Below are positions 28,045 through 37,348 of a stretch of DNA of 64,000 bases, piece by piece. The position numbers were made by a program, and so were the translations under genes. The DNA is from Candidatus Micrarchaeia archaeon (GTDB taxonomy: Archaea; Micrarchaeota; Micrarchaeia; CABMEP01). The first letter of the stretch is position 1. The number at the start of each line of letters is the position of its first letter. Location: the NCBI GenBank assembly GCA_038881595.1, contig JAVZPM010000003.1, positions 4,739 to 68,738 on the forward strand, in the 5' to 3' direction. Below the pieces are notes generated by a model, which saw only the letters and a program-made list of their open reading frames with translations, made no database searches and was not told the DNA's origin.

Positions 28045-28383
28045 TTACTCGAATTTTATTTTTTTAAGTCTCTCTTCGGGAGGATATAATATTTTTGATC
28101 CCTCAACTGTAAAGGTTTCTCCTCCTTTTCTAAAGAGGAAGGTAGAACCTTTCTTAGGTATCAAAACCTCCTTTCCATCTTTTTTTTCGATTTTGAATGT
28201 ATTTTTTGTTTCATCAACAACCAACCCCTTTATTCCTATCTGCTCAGGGGAAGAGCTGTTGATTACTTCTACAGTCAAACCAATGTATTCGATTAAGTAT
28301 TTCAGATTTTTTAATTTTGAATTTATTGAAATACTTTGAATTGATTTTTTTTGATCTGACATTGAATCAACATGAATCAACAT
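28045..28383 (-). CDS. rnp1: RNase P protein component 1 (Rpp29/Pop4)
   Basis: IGLTVEVINSSSPEQIGIKGLVVDETKNTFKIE...PKKGSTFLF...GSKILYPPEERLK is the Rpp29 Sm-like signature. Conserved position between sui1/L29 and S17. Confidence 0.85.
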   Translation of the reverse strand: MLIHVDSMSDQKKSIQSISINSKLKNLKYLIEYIGLTVEVINSSSPEQIGIKGLVVDETKNTFKIEKKDGKEVLIPKKGSTFLFRKGGETFTVEGSKILYPPEERLKKIKFE

Positions 28384-28390
28384 TAAGTGA

Positions 28391-28765
28391 TCATTTTCGG
28401 ATTATTGAAATATTTTCTTCAGGATATCCTACCTTCATTAGCAATTGTTTTATCTTAGCTCCATGGTCTCCTTGAAGTATTATTTCATCGTTCTTAACTG
28501 TTCCACCGCATGCCAGTGATTGTTTGAGTTGTTTTGCAACTCGCTCAATCGAATTCTTTTCCACACCGGATACGATGGTAACAAGTTTCCTGAACTTTGC
28601 TTTTGTTATTGTTACTTTTATCTTTTGCGCTGTTTCCTTCTCAATTGCAGCGCACGAACATATGTCCTTAGGAAGTCCACAACCAGAACATATGTCACCT
28701 ATCAATTTATGTACCCCGCAGACAGGGCATATATTTTCAGCCGTTTTCTTCACCTCATATAACAA
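28391..28765 (-). CDS. sui1: Translation initiation factor aSUI1 (eIF1 homologue)
   Basis: N-terminal CPVCG...CSGCGLPKDICSC knuckle and SUI1 core KIKVTITKAKFRKLVTIVSG...LACGGTVKNDEIILQGDH. No in-frame ATG near the 5' end, so the start is TTG (28765) or GTG (28753). Confidence 0.88.
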   Translation of the reverse strand: MLYEVKKTAENICPVCGVHKLIGDICSGCGLPKDICSCAAIEKETAQKIKVTITKAKFRKLVTIVSGVEKNSIERVAKQLKQSLACGGTVKNDEIILQGDHGAKIKQLLMKVGYPEENISIIRK

Positions 28766-28800
28766 TTAATTTTATCAATTAATGAATATTAATTGCAAAA

Positions 28801-29046
28801 TTACGACTTCTTATTTTTGATTTTTTCTTTATTTTCTTCTTTACCGAGAATGCCTAATTCTCTTGCTCTGATAAAGGTCTTCATTCTTGCAATTGTTCTT
28901 TTAATTGTTCTTATCTTACCGTAGTTTCTAGATTTTCCTGCTGCTGAAGACCGTGTTCCATATTCTATGCTTAATTCTTTTTCGAGATCAGCAATTTTAG
29001 ATTTCATTTCATCAATACTCATATTTTTGATATCTTTTAATTTCAT
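28801..29046 (-). CDS. rpl29: 50S ribosomal protein uL29
   Basis: MSIDEMKSKIADLEKEL...IRTIKRTIARMKT. Confidence 0.88.
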   Translation of the reverse strand: MKLKDIKNMSIDEMKSKIADLEKELSIEYGTRSSAAGKSRNYGKIRTIKRTIARMKTFIRARELGILGKEENKEKIKNKKS

Positions 29047-29079
29047 ATGATCACATCACATAACCGCCTAGTGCGGAGA

Positions 29080-29811
29080 CTATTTCCTTCTTTTTTGAGC
29101 AGAATGTTTCTTTTGTTGGAGCTGTTCCATTTTTATTTCTTTTTTCTGTTCTTTCTTTGACTCCAACTGTTGCTCTTTACTCTCATTTTCTTCAGAATAT
29201 TTAATTATATTAGGAACTTCAACTTTTGAAACTTTATCTGGAAATACTGCATTAGGTGGAGCAATTGAAACTCTTACATTTATTGCACCATATTTTGGTC
29301 TTGCTGTTACTTGAGCTTTCCTTATTTGTTTAACAACTTCACCTGCTTTTGGCAAGTATCCCCAAGCAACTCGCATGCTTTTTGCCTTTGCTCCCTTTGC
29401 TGCAATTTTTCCACCTACAACAATCTCAGCACCGAGTGCACCTGCATCGATTATTTTCTTTAAAGATGAATGTATCAATGCTCTTAATGGTTTACCTGCT
29501 TCTATATTTTTTGCAATTGAATATGCAACAAGTCTTGGTTCTAATTCAACTTTTTCAACTGGAACCACTGCAATCTGCGGATCGCTAACTCCGAATTCTC
29601 TTTGTATTGTATCTGCTAATGTCTTTATCGATTTCCCTTTTTTCCCGATCAATCTACCTGGATTTGCAACTTCAACAGTTATTCGTGTAACCATTGGAGT
29701 TCTTTGTATTGTAACGTTACTAAATCCAACTCTCTCTAACTTTTCTCTGAGGAAATTCGCTATTTGATATCTCGTAACTGCATCATCTATGAATTTTCTT
29801 TCAATTGCCAT
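29080..29811 (-). CDS. rps3: 30S ribosomal protein uS3 (K/E/Q-rich C-terminal tail)
   Basis: KH domain RITVEVANPGRLIGKKGKSIKTLADTIQ, then the S3 C-terminal domain. The last ~45 aa are low-complexity. Confidence 0.9.
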   Translation of the reverse strand: MAIERKFIDDAVTRYQIANFLREKLERVGFSNVTIQRTPMVTRITVEVANPGRLIGKKGKSIKTLADTIQREFGVSDPQIAVVPVEKVELEPRLVAYSIAKNIEAGKPLRALIHSSLKKIIDAGALGAEIVVGGKIAAKGAKAKSMRVAWGYLPKAGEVVKQIRKAQVTARPKYGAINVRVSIAPPNAVFPDKVSKVEVPNIIKYSEENESKEQQLESKKEQKKEIKMEQLQQKKHSAQKRRK

Positions 29812-29839
29812 TGAATCACTCCTTAATTAAGCATAAATA

Positions 29840-30541
29840 TTAACTCTTATCTTCAGACTTCTCAGACTTTGCTTTTTTTGTTTCCTTTGACTTCTTATCT
29901 GTTTTTTCTGATTTTTGTTGTTTTTGTTCTGCATTTTCAGCTTTTTGTTTTTCTTTTACTTCAGAAACAACTTCCTCTGTCTTTTCTTCAACTGTTTTCT
30001 CAATTTTCTTTTCCATCTCAGCAGCTTCAGCCTTTGCTTTTGCTCTTTGCTCTATCTTTTGTTTCTGTTGCTTGAGAAGTTCTTCATTTTCTTTTCCTGC
30101 AAGAATTATTTCTACTCTTGCAGTTTCATAGTTTGATCTCATCTGTCTTCCTTTAGATTGAAGACGAGGATATATAGCCTGTTTGTTTGCTGAAGCATGA
30201 ATTATCATTAATTGATCAAGACCTTTTGAAGTTGCATTTGCGATTGCATTGTTTAAAACACCTAAAACTATTTTAGCTGCTTTAATTGGGTATCTTCCTT
30301 TTCTTCCTCCAAGTTCTTTTCTGTGACCTAACTTTTTATTCCATCTTCTATAAAGTACTGGAAAACCTTCAAGAACTGCATTTAGATATTTAGTTCCATC
30401 TTCCGCAGACATACCTCTTATATTGTCACAAACAGCACAAAGATCTTTGTAGGATGCATCTATATTGTATTGTTGTGCCTTTGCAATCTGCTTTTCACTG
30501 TATTGTGATTTCTTATTGAAACCATATTCGTAATGAACCAT
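29840..30541 (-). CDS. rpl22: 50S ribosomal protein uL22 with ~80-aa K/E-rich C-terminal extension
   Basis: ASYKDLCAVCDNIRGM...GRKGRYPIKAAKIVLGVLNNAIANA...ARVEIIL, then the EELLKQQKQKIEQRAKAKAEAAEMEKK... tail. ATG at 30541 after GGTG. Confidence 0.88.
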   Translation of the reverse strand: MVHYEYGFNKKSQYSEKQIAKAQQYNIDASYKDLCAVCDNIRGMSAEDGTKYLNAVLEGFPVLYRRWNKKLGHRKELGGRKGRYPIKAAKIVLGVLNNAIANATSKGLDQLMIIHASANKQAIYPRLQSKGRQMRSNYETARVEIILAGKENEELLKQQKQKIEQRAKAKAEAAEMEKKIEKTVEEKTEEVVSEVKEKQKAENAEQKQQKSEKTDKKSKETKKAKSEKSEDKS

Positions 30542-30588
30542 ATAAACACCGTTTAAAAACATTCAACTACATAGCTTAATTTTAATGA

Positions 30589-30972
30589 TTATTTCAAAGC
30601 TACTGCTTTTGAACCTCTTGTAGCACCGATACCTGGACCACTGTGAATAACTCTTCCAGTTGTATGAACAAAATCCCCTAATCTAAAGCCAACCATCTCT
30701 GGTTGAATGTTCACCTGTTTAAATTCCTTACCGCTATGAACCATAAATTTCATACCAACCCATTTAGGAATTATAACTGCTTCTCTGAGATGTGTTTTAA
30801 TTGGCTTAGAGGCGCCAATTTTATCTGCCTTTATTAGAAGTTTCTTGTACTCTATTGGCATCTTCTTAATATATCTTCTTGCTCTTGATTTAATTAAATT
30901 TGCAAATTCATCAAGAGACATTGCTTGAAGCTCCTCAAGAGTTTTTCCACGAAATATAAATTTTCTCGCCAT
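30589..30972 (-). CDS. rps19: 30S ribosomal protein uS19
   Basis: FMVHSGKEFKQVNIQPEMVGFRLGDFVHTTGRVIHSGPG. Confidence 0.9.
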   Translation of the reverse strand: MARKFIFRGKTLEELQAMSLDEFANLIKSRARRYIKKMPIEYKKLLIKADKIGASKPIKTHLREAVIIPKWVGMKFMVHSGKEFKQVNIQPEMVGFRLGDFVHTTGRVIHSGPGIGATRGSKAVALK

Positions 30973-31003
30973 TTAATCACTCCTTTATGAACATCTCTAA
31001 ATA

Positions 31004-31741
31004 TTAAACTTTCTTTCTCTTCTTTCCTCTTCCTACGGAAGCGGCTGCCAAAAGACCAACCTTTCTTCCTGGTGGTGCATTCCTTGCAACAATTGTTGAA
31101 CGACCTGGGTGATGTTGTTTTCCACCGAATGGATGGTCATATGCAGACATTGCAACTCCCCTTACCTTTGGCCAGTATCTTGCTGTTGAAGCCACCATGT
31201 GGTATTTCTTTCCTGCTTTGAAAACAGGTCTTAATAATCTTCCACCCATTGAAACTAATCCAATCTGTGCTCTGCAATTAGCATTGAATATTTTAACCTT
31301 CTTTGATGGTAATGCAACATAAACCTCTTTATCAGTATGAGATATTACTGTTCCTGATGTTCCAGCTGCTCTTATCAACTTTCCACCATCTCCTGGAACC
31401 AACTCTATATTGTAAACATACATACCATCTGGAATCTTTGCAAGAGGAAGAACATTTCCTAATTTTATTCCTGCATTAGCACCAAATTCTATCTCATCTC
31501 CTATCGCAATTCCTTCCGGAGCAAGAAGTGAAACTATCTGGCCATCTTCAGTCTTTACATTCATTATTAAACCACTATGAGCAGGATTATGAATGAACTC
31601 AATAACTTTTCCTTTAACTACAGAATTCTTTTCTTTTTCATCATAGGATCTAAATGAAACTTTTGCATTAAATTTATGCGATGGAGCAGAGAATGCTGGA
31701 CTTCCCTTTCCTCTTCTTTGTTGATTTAACCTTTTACCCAT
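31004..31741 (-). CDS. rpl2: 50S ribosomal protein uL2
   Basis: MGKRLNQQRRGKGSP...VAMSAYDHPFGGKQHHPGRSTIV. ATG at 31741. Confidence 0.92.
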   Translation of the reverse strand: MGKRLNQQRRGKGSPAFSAPSHKFNAKVSFRSYDEKEKNSVVKGKVIEFIHNPAHSGLIMNVKTEDGQIVSLLAPEGIAIGDEIEFGANAGIKLGNVLPLAKIPDGMYVYNIELVPGDGGKLIRAAGTSGTVISHTDKEVYVALPSKKVKIFNANCRAQIGLVSMGGRLLRPVFKAGKKYHMVASTARYWPKVRGVAMSAYDHPFGGKQHHPGRSTIVARNAPPGRKVGLLAAASVGRGKKRKKV

Positions 31742-31782
31742 AAACACACCTATTTAATAATTAAAATGCAATATCATATCAT

Positions 31783-32028
31783 TTACAGTATCTTAAGTTT
31801 TGATGCGAGATCCATTGCTGAAGATTCCTTTTTCAACTTAACATAGGCTACCTTTTTATTTGAGAAATTATTCAATGTATTTACTGAAGCAACTTTAACA
31901 CCATATTCTTTTTCTATATATTCTTTTATTGATTTTTTTGTTTCTTTTGGATCAACAATAAATACTAAAGTATTATTTTTTGAAATTTGATTTATTGCTT
32001 TTTCAGTTGTTAAAGGATATATGATCAT
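31783..32028 (-). CDS. rpl23: 50S ribosomal protein uL23
   Basis: YPLTTEKAINQISKNNTLVFIVDPKETKKSIKEYIEKEYGVKV. Confidence 0.9.
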   Translation of the reverse strand: MIIYPLTTEKAINQISKNNTLVFIVDPKETKKSIKEYIEKEYGVKVASVNTLNNFSNKKVAYVKLKKESSAMDLASKLKIL

Positions 32029-32060
32029 TATTTCACCCCTAAAACATATAAACTAAAAAT

Positions 32061-32840
32061 TTAAACCTTATTTAAATTTTCGATTGCTGATTTTGTCCAC
32101 ACTGTTAATCTGCCTGGTACACCACCAGGTGCAAGATCTGAAACTTTAAGATTATCTATTGTTGTAACTGTAACACCTGGAAGATTCTTTGCTGCTTTAA
32201 GAAGCTTAGAATCTTTACCAGCGATTAAAAGAATTGACTTAGGTGTTTTTACTCCACCTTTTCTTCCATTATTTCGCTTAGTTTTTTCTTCAGCTCTTTC
32301 AATATCCTTTATAAGATCAAGATGTTCAAATAAAGAAACGACATCTTTTGTTTTTGATAAAGATTCACATGAATCATCAAGAATAATAGGTATGTCTATC
32401 TTTGGTAATATGTGTTTCTTACCTACCAGTTCCTTATTAGCAGTAGCTGCAATTGCAGAATGAAGTGCTTTTCTTTTTTCTCTTTTATTTATCCTCTCAA
32501 CAAGAACTTTTTCTACCTTTGGAGGGTGAGCTCTTCTACCTTTTACTGCCCATGGAACTACTCTTACTCTTCCGATCCTTCCTTTTGGATAGAGCTCTCT
32601 TGGAAGCTTTGCAATTCCTCGATTTTTGAGGGAGTGATAAGCCTCCTTTCTACCAACATACCTTGCAGTTGTTTGCAAACCTGCTCTTGGAAAAGTTCCT
32701 TTAGGCTGAAGTTTTTCTGATTCCTCAGATAAAACTGCTCTTCTTATAAGATCTTCTCTAATCTCTGTTTTGAATATATCTGGAAGCTCAATTTTTCCAG
32801 TCGGTGAACCATTTTGAGAATATAATGAAATACTTACCAT
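32061..32840 (-). CDS. rpl4: 50S ribosomal protein uL4
   Basis: LQPKGTFPRAGLQTTARYVGRKEAYHSLKNRGIAKLPR... and operon position. Confidence 0.9.
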   Translation of the reverse strand: MVSISLYSQNGSPTGKIELPDIFKTEIREDLIRRAVLSEESEKLQPKGTFPRAGLQTTARYVGRKEAYHSLKNRGIAKLPRELYPKGRIGRVRVVPWAVKGRRAHPPKVEKVLVERINKREKRKALHSAIAATANKELVGKKHILPKIDIPIILDDSCESLSKTKDVVSLFEHLDLIKDIERAEEKTKRNNGRKGGVKTPKSILLIAGKDSKLLKAAKNLPGVTVTTIDNLKVSDLAPGGVPGRLTVWTKSAIENLNKV

Positions 32841-32866
32841 ATGATCAACCTATTATCTTTTAAATT

Positions 32867-33847
32867 TCAGAACCATAAAATCTGTGGCTTCTGCACAGAG
32901 GTATTCCTTATTGATTTTCTAAGGAATACAAATCTCTTTTGAGTTCCTGGAACTGAACCCTTAACGCATATAAATGAAGATTTTACATCCCCATAGTGTG
33001 GATAACCTCCAGGAATATTAACTTTAGATGGATCATCTCCAATCAAAAGGATTCTATTATTATATTGAGTTCTTCTATGAAATCCATGTTGACCTGCCTG
33101 TGGAGTAGTATACATAACATATGCTGGATGCCATGGACCTAATGTACCTCTATGCCTTACTCTTCCTGTATTCTTAGGTCTTTGTTTGTGAACACCGAAT
33201 CTTCTAATAACTCCTTGCCAACCATGTCCTCTAGTTACTGCTACTGCATCGACATATTCTCCTTCTTCAAATACTTCCTTTGGAGTTATGTCTTTTCCGA
33301 TTATCGATTTAACATACTCCAATTGAGAATTAACATCATTTCCACCTATTGCTATTTCAACTGTATCTCCTGCCTTCTTTGGAATTCCTGCTTCTTGTGT
33401 ATTTGTTACTGCAAGAACCGAAATATAAAGATCTTTTTTATCTTCGTCTTTAAATGAAGATATTTTTTCTTCTAGCCATTTTATATCCTTTCTTTTCTTA
33501 TCTTTCTTTGACATACCCAACATCGATGCTACTTTTGTATTGATTGAAAGAGCATCACCCAAACACTTTGTTCCAGTGAGAGTTTTCTGATAAAGTCTTG
33601 CTCCATAAATAGTTATTTTTGGTGCTTCTAAAATTGTAACTGGTACTGTTAATTCCATCCCTTTCGTTGCAGATCTAGAATCGTCTATCATTCCTGCTTG
33701 TTTCATTCCTACTTTATAGACTGGATATCCTAGTAACTGCACTTTATCAGTAATTCTCCAAGTTCGCATTCTTGGAGTAATGTCTCTCGAACGTTTTCTT
33801 GGTCTAAATGCAAGAGAACCTGATCTTGGCTTAATAACTTTTCCCAT
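32867..33847 (-). CDS. rpl3: 50S ribosomal protein uL3 (first gene of the operon)
   Basis: KPRSGSLAFRPRKR...TRGHGWQGVIRRFGVHKQRPKNTGRVRHRGTLGPWHP. Confidence 0.92.
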   Translation of the reverse strand: MGKVIKPRSGSLAFRPRKRSRDITPRMRTWRITDKVQLLGYPVYKVGMKQAGMIDDSRSATKGMELTVPVTILEAPKITIYGARLYQKTLTGTKCLGDALSINTKVASMLGMSKKDKKRKDIKWLEEKISSFKDEDKKDLYISVLAVTNTQEAGIPKKAGDTVEIAIGGNDVNSQLEYVKSIIGKDITPKEVFEEGEYVDAVAVTRGHGWQGVIRRFGVHKQRPKNTGRVRHRGTLGPWHPAYVMYTTPQAGQHGFHRRTQYNNRILLIGDDPSKVNIPGGYPHYGDVKSSFICVKGSVPGTQKRFVFLRKSIRNTSVQKPQILWF

Positions 33848-33918
33848 TTACCATCACTTTGTGAATTATGAATATGAATACTAACCTCTATTTATATGAA
33901 ACTGCTTTCAATTTTATA

Positions 33919-34031
33919 GCGCGGTAGTGCATCAAAGATGCAGTATACCTGTCACGTATCAAATGATACGTGAGTCTCTCGCGTTAATCGATCGCAGAGA
34001 CCGCTTGCCGGGAAACGATCTAAAAATCGTT
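33919..34031. promoter_or_regulatory. GC-rich cluster of four perfect inverted repeats / stem-loops in the divergent rpl3 - rbr intergenic region
   Basis: TGCATC-AAA-GATGCA (33928..33942); TCACGTATC-AAAT-GATACGTGA (33952..33973); GTCTCT-C-GCG..CGC-AGAGAC (33974..34001, loop holds ATCGAT/CGATCG); AACGAT-CTAAAA-ATCGTT (34014..34031). Candidate TATA boxes: TTTATATG at 33891..33898 (+) and TTTATAAA at 34053..34060 (either strand). Confidence 0.5.
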
Positions 34032-34178
34032 AATATATAATATTATATTAGATTTATAAATATTACTATACCTAGCTTAACTATCTTTTTTTACATTAAA
34101 AATATCACAGATAAGTACGATATATTTATGAACATTTACGATCAAATACATATATATCTAATTTTGGAGGTGTTGAAA

Positions 34179-34781
34179 ATGGAGAAGACGATTGAAAATT
34201 TAGCAAAGGCATTTATAGGCGAAAGTCAAGCAAGAAATAGATATACTTTCTATGCGAAAGTGGCAAGAAACGAAGGATATGAGCAAATTGCAGAGATATT
34301 CCTGATAACTGCAGATAACGAGAGGGAGCATGCAAGCTGGCTGTTTAAGCTTATCAATGAATTGAAGAAAAAAGCTACTGAGAGAGGAGAAAAGATAGAA
34401 AAATACAATGAAATAAAAGTTGAAGCATCAGCTCCAACTGTATTCGGAAGTACTATCGATAATCTTAAAGCTGCAATCGCAGGAGAAAACTACGAATATA
34501 CTAAAATGTATCCTGAATTTGCAGACATTGCTGAAAAAGAAGGATTAAAAGAAATAGCGCAGAGATTAAGGGCCATCGCTAAAGCTGAAGAACATCATGA
34601 AGAAAGATATAAAAAGATACTTGAACAGCTTGAAAAAGGTACATTCTTTAATAAGAGCAATAAAGTTTGGTGGGTCTGTAGAGAATGTGGTTACGTACAC
34701 TTTGGAAAATTCCCTCCTGAAAAATGCCCATCCTGTGATCATCCAAAGGCTTTCTATCAATTGAAGTGCGAAGAATACTAA
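34179..34781 (+). CDS. rbr: Rubrerythrin
   Basis: Di-iron four-helix bundle ExxH motifs ([17 protein letters not shown]) plus the C-terminal rubredoxin-like CRECGYVH...CPSCDHP. GGAGGTG SD precedes ATG 34179 (the listed ORF starts 51 nt earlier). Confidence 0.9.
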   Translation: MEKTIENLAKAFIGESQARNRYTFYAKVARNEGYEQIAEIFLITADNEREHASWLFKLINELKKKATERGEKIEKYNEIKVEASAPTVFGSTIDNLKAAIAGENYEYTKMYPEFADIAEKEGLKEIAQRLRAIAKAEEHHEERYKKILEQLEKGTFFNKSNKVWWVCRECGYVHFGKFPPEKCPSCDHPKAFYQLKCEEY

Positions 34782-34808
34782 AAATGAAATATATTAAATG
34801 GTGATGAT

Positions 34809-35189
34809 ATGACAGAACTTAATCAGATATATAAATGCAGTGTATGTGGAAATATAGTTGAAATAACTCATGCAGGAGTTGGAACATTGGTTTGTTGTAA
34901 TAAAAATATGGAGAAACTAGAAGAAAAAACAGAAGATCAAGGATATGAAAAACATGTACCTGTAATCGAAAAGATTAGAGGTGGGTTCAAAGTTAAAATA
35001 GGTTCTATTCCACATCCTATGGAACCTGAACATTACATTGAATTTATAGAAGTACTTGCGGATGATAAGATATATAGAAATTACCTAAAACCAGGTCAAA
35101 CACCTGAAGCTGAATTTAAAATAAATGCAAAGAAAATAACTGCAAGAGAATACTGTAACATCCATGGATTGTGGAAGAAAGAACAATGA
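34809..35189 (+). CDS. dfx: Desulfoferrodoxin (2Fe superoxide reductase)
   Basis: Desulforedoxin CSVCGN...VCCNKNM, then the SOR domain [28 protein letters not shown]. Confidence 0.9.
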   Translation: MTELNQIYKCSVCGNIVEITHAGVGTLVCCNKNMEKLEEKTEDQGYEKHVPVIEKIRGGFKVKIGSIPHPMEPEHYIEFIEVLADDKIYRNYLKPGQTPEAEFKINAKKITAREYCNIHGLWKKEQ

Positions 35190-35247
35190 TTTTTTTCTAT
35201 TTTTATTATTTTTTATTTTTCTTCTAATTATATATTAATTTATTGGC

Positions 35248-36486
35248 TTAGAATGAATTTATATTATCCCAACTTTTATCCTGGATAACTACATTTAAAA
35301 CTGAACGTACGTGTTCTCTTGCCCATATGTCTGCTTGAAGAATGTCTTGAAGGTTCGGATTAGGAATAACTGCATGTCTATGAACATCCATAGTATGTCT
35401 TACTACTCTTATTATGTCACCAAATTTAATCTTTCCTTGTAAAAAATATTCTACAACTGCTACTTCATTTGCTGCATTCATAACTGTAGGCATCGTTCCA
35501 CCAATCCTTCCTGCTTCATACGCATATAATAAAGCTGGAAATCTGACTGTATCTGGTTCAAAAAATGTAAGATGACCAACTTTAATCAAATCTAAAAATG
35601 CATAATCACCACTTGATAATCTATCGGGATAGGATAATGCATATTGAATCGGTATACGCATATCGTGAACACCGATCTGTGCCATTATAGAACCATCAAT
35701 GTATTCAACCATTGAATGAATTATTGATTGAGGATGTATTACAACTGAAATTTGTTCATACGGAATATTATAAAGCCAATGGGCTTCTATAACTTCTAAA
35801 CCTTTATTCATGAGTGTTGCACTATCGATAGTAATTTTTCCACCCATGTTCCATGTTGGGTGTTTAAGTGCTTGTTCTCTAGTTGCTTCATTTATTTTTT
35901 CTGCTGGCCATAATTTTTCATCTCTAAATGGGCCCCCTGAACACGTTAATATTATTCTCTTTACTTGCTTCTTTTTATTGCCTTGTAAACACTGGAAAAT
36001 TGCGGAATGTTCACTATCTATTGGCATGATTTCTACTCCATATTTTTTTGCACTTTCCATAACTATACTTCCAGCACAAACTAATGTCTCTTTGTTTGCA
36101 AGAGCTATATTTTTCTTCTTTTTTATTGCCTCTAGTGTAGGGATTAATCCAACACTACCAACAACTGCAGTTACAACTGTATCAACCATAGGAAAGGTAG
36201 AAACTGAAACAAGACCTTCATTGCCAGATAGGATTACTATCTTTTGACCGTGACCTAAATTATCGTGCATCAATCTTTCCTTAAGTTTAATCGCTGCATC
36301 AGTTCTATACATTGATACTATTTTAGGTTTAAATTCATGTATCTGCTCAACCATAAGATCTATATCTTTATCAGTACCATATGCAGCTAAACCCACTACT
36401 TTAAATTTATTTTGATGATTTCTTATAACATCTAATGTCTGAGTACCTATACTTCCTGTAGAACCTAAAATAGATATGTTCTTCAT
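35248..36486 (-). CDS. dxr: 1-deoxy-D-xylulose-5-phosphate reductoisomerase (MEP pathway step 2)
   Basis: ILGSTGSIGTQTLDV, ALANKETLVCAG, PIDSEHSAIFQCL, HPTWNMGGKITIDSATLMNKGLEVIEA. ATG at 36486 after TGTGAT. Confidence 0.93.
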   Translation of the reverse strand: MKNISILGSTGSIGTQTLDVIRNHQNKFKVVGLAAYGTDKDIDLMVEQIHEFKPKIVSMYRTDAAIKLKERLMHDNLGHGQKIVILSGNEGLVSVSTFPMVDTVVTAVVGSVGLIPTLEAIKKKKNIALANKETLVCAGSIVMESAKKYGVEIMPIDSEHSAIFQCLQGNKKKQVKRIILTCSGGPFRDEKLWPAEKINEATREQALKHPTWNMGGKITIDSATLMNKGLEVIEAHWLYNIPYEQISVVIHPQSIIHSMVEYIDGSIMAQIGVHDMRIPIQYALSYPDRLSSGDYAFLDLIKVGHLTFFEPDTVRFPALLYAYEAGRIGGTMPTVMNAANEVAVVEYFLQGKIKFGDIIRVVRHTMDVHRHAVIPNPNLQDILQADIWAREHVRSVLNVVIQDKSWDNINSF

Positions 36487-36626
36487 AAAAATCACAAAAT
36501 TAAGGAACGTTTTAAATATATATACTTTTCCATCAAGGAGTTAAAATGATCACTCTTAAAGGCCTCCAATCTACTTGTCCTTTATTTTTAATAAAAAAAT
36601 ATATTCCTTTCTATCAAAATATTTAC

Positions 36627-37307
36627 ATGGAAAAAATGATTTTTATTATAATAGCAATTACAATTATTTTTGTTGGTTGTATAGGAAAATCTACTGATGA
36701 CCGTGGAGATTTATTATATCAAATGGAAAAATATGAATCTAATAAAATAAATACATACGAAGAAAATGCAACAACAACTGATGAAATTAAAGGAGACCTT
36801 AAGGATATTCCACTAATAAAAAATGCAGAAAGAAAATGGTCAATAATTAGTAAATATGATATCAATATTAGTGATATCAATGAAGCGGAAATGAAAGGCA
36901 TTTATACTGGTACTTATTATATATATTCGATTGGATATATGATATCAAATATCAATTACACTTCAGTTATTGAATTTTATAATAATAACTTTTCTGGATG
37001 GAAATTAAAAGGTATAAAACAAGAAAGTGTTAAAATTAATCCATTATTTCTTCCTTTTACTATCTTTTTCCCAACGATAAAAGAAGGAGAAGTTACTAGA
37101 TCTGAATTATATTACCAAAAATGTGATGGTATTTTTTGTCCTGAACTTACTATTTCAATATCGTATTCAGAACCGGTAATGATAGAAATTATGTGCAAAA
37201 AAAGAGATTTTGTGATTGAGAATATTACATATTTAAATCAAAGATATGGGTCTATTACACCTAGTAAAGAGGAAATAGAAGCGAATGTAAACGCATGTTT
37301 AAGATAA
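36627..37307 (+). CDS. Putative lipoprotein / membrane-anchored hypothetical protein
   Basis: MEKMIFIIIAITIIFVGCIGKS has a signal-anchor with a lipobox-like FVGC. The longer listed ORF start (36546) has no support. Confidence 0.5.
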   Translation: MEKMIFIIIAITIIFVGCIGKSTDDRGDLLYQMEKYESNKINTYEENATTTDEIKGDLKDIPLIKNAERKWSIISKYDINISDINEAEMKGIYTGTYYIYSIGYMISNINYTSVIEFYNNNFSGWKLKGIKQESVKINPLFLPFTIFFPTIKEGEVTRSELYYQKCDGIFCPELTISISYSEPVMIEIMCKKRDFVIENITYLNQRYGSITPSKEEIEANVNACLR

Positions 37308-37348
37308 TTTAGTAGACATTTTACACTTAAATTATAAAATGTGATTTT

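Noticed and set aside
33919-34008. tRNA-like reading of the GC-rich element (GCGCGGU-AG-UGCA-UCAAAGA-UGCA-G-UAUAC-CUGUCAC-GUAUC..., anticodon GUC).
   Set aside because: The acceptor 3' strand (CGCUUGC) does not pair. The would-be T loop is 18 nt, the D loop lacks GG, and the much stronger 9-bp hairpin TCACGTATC/GATACGTGA competes with the 4-bp anticodon stem.
36546-36626. Longer start for the lipoprotein-like ORF.
   Set aside because: The upstream 27 codons precede the signal-anchor and have no SD. ATG at 36627 gives a canonical signal/lipobox N-terminus.
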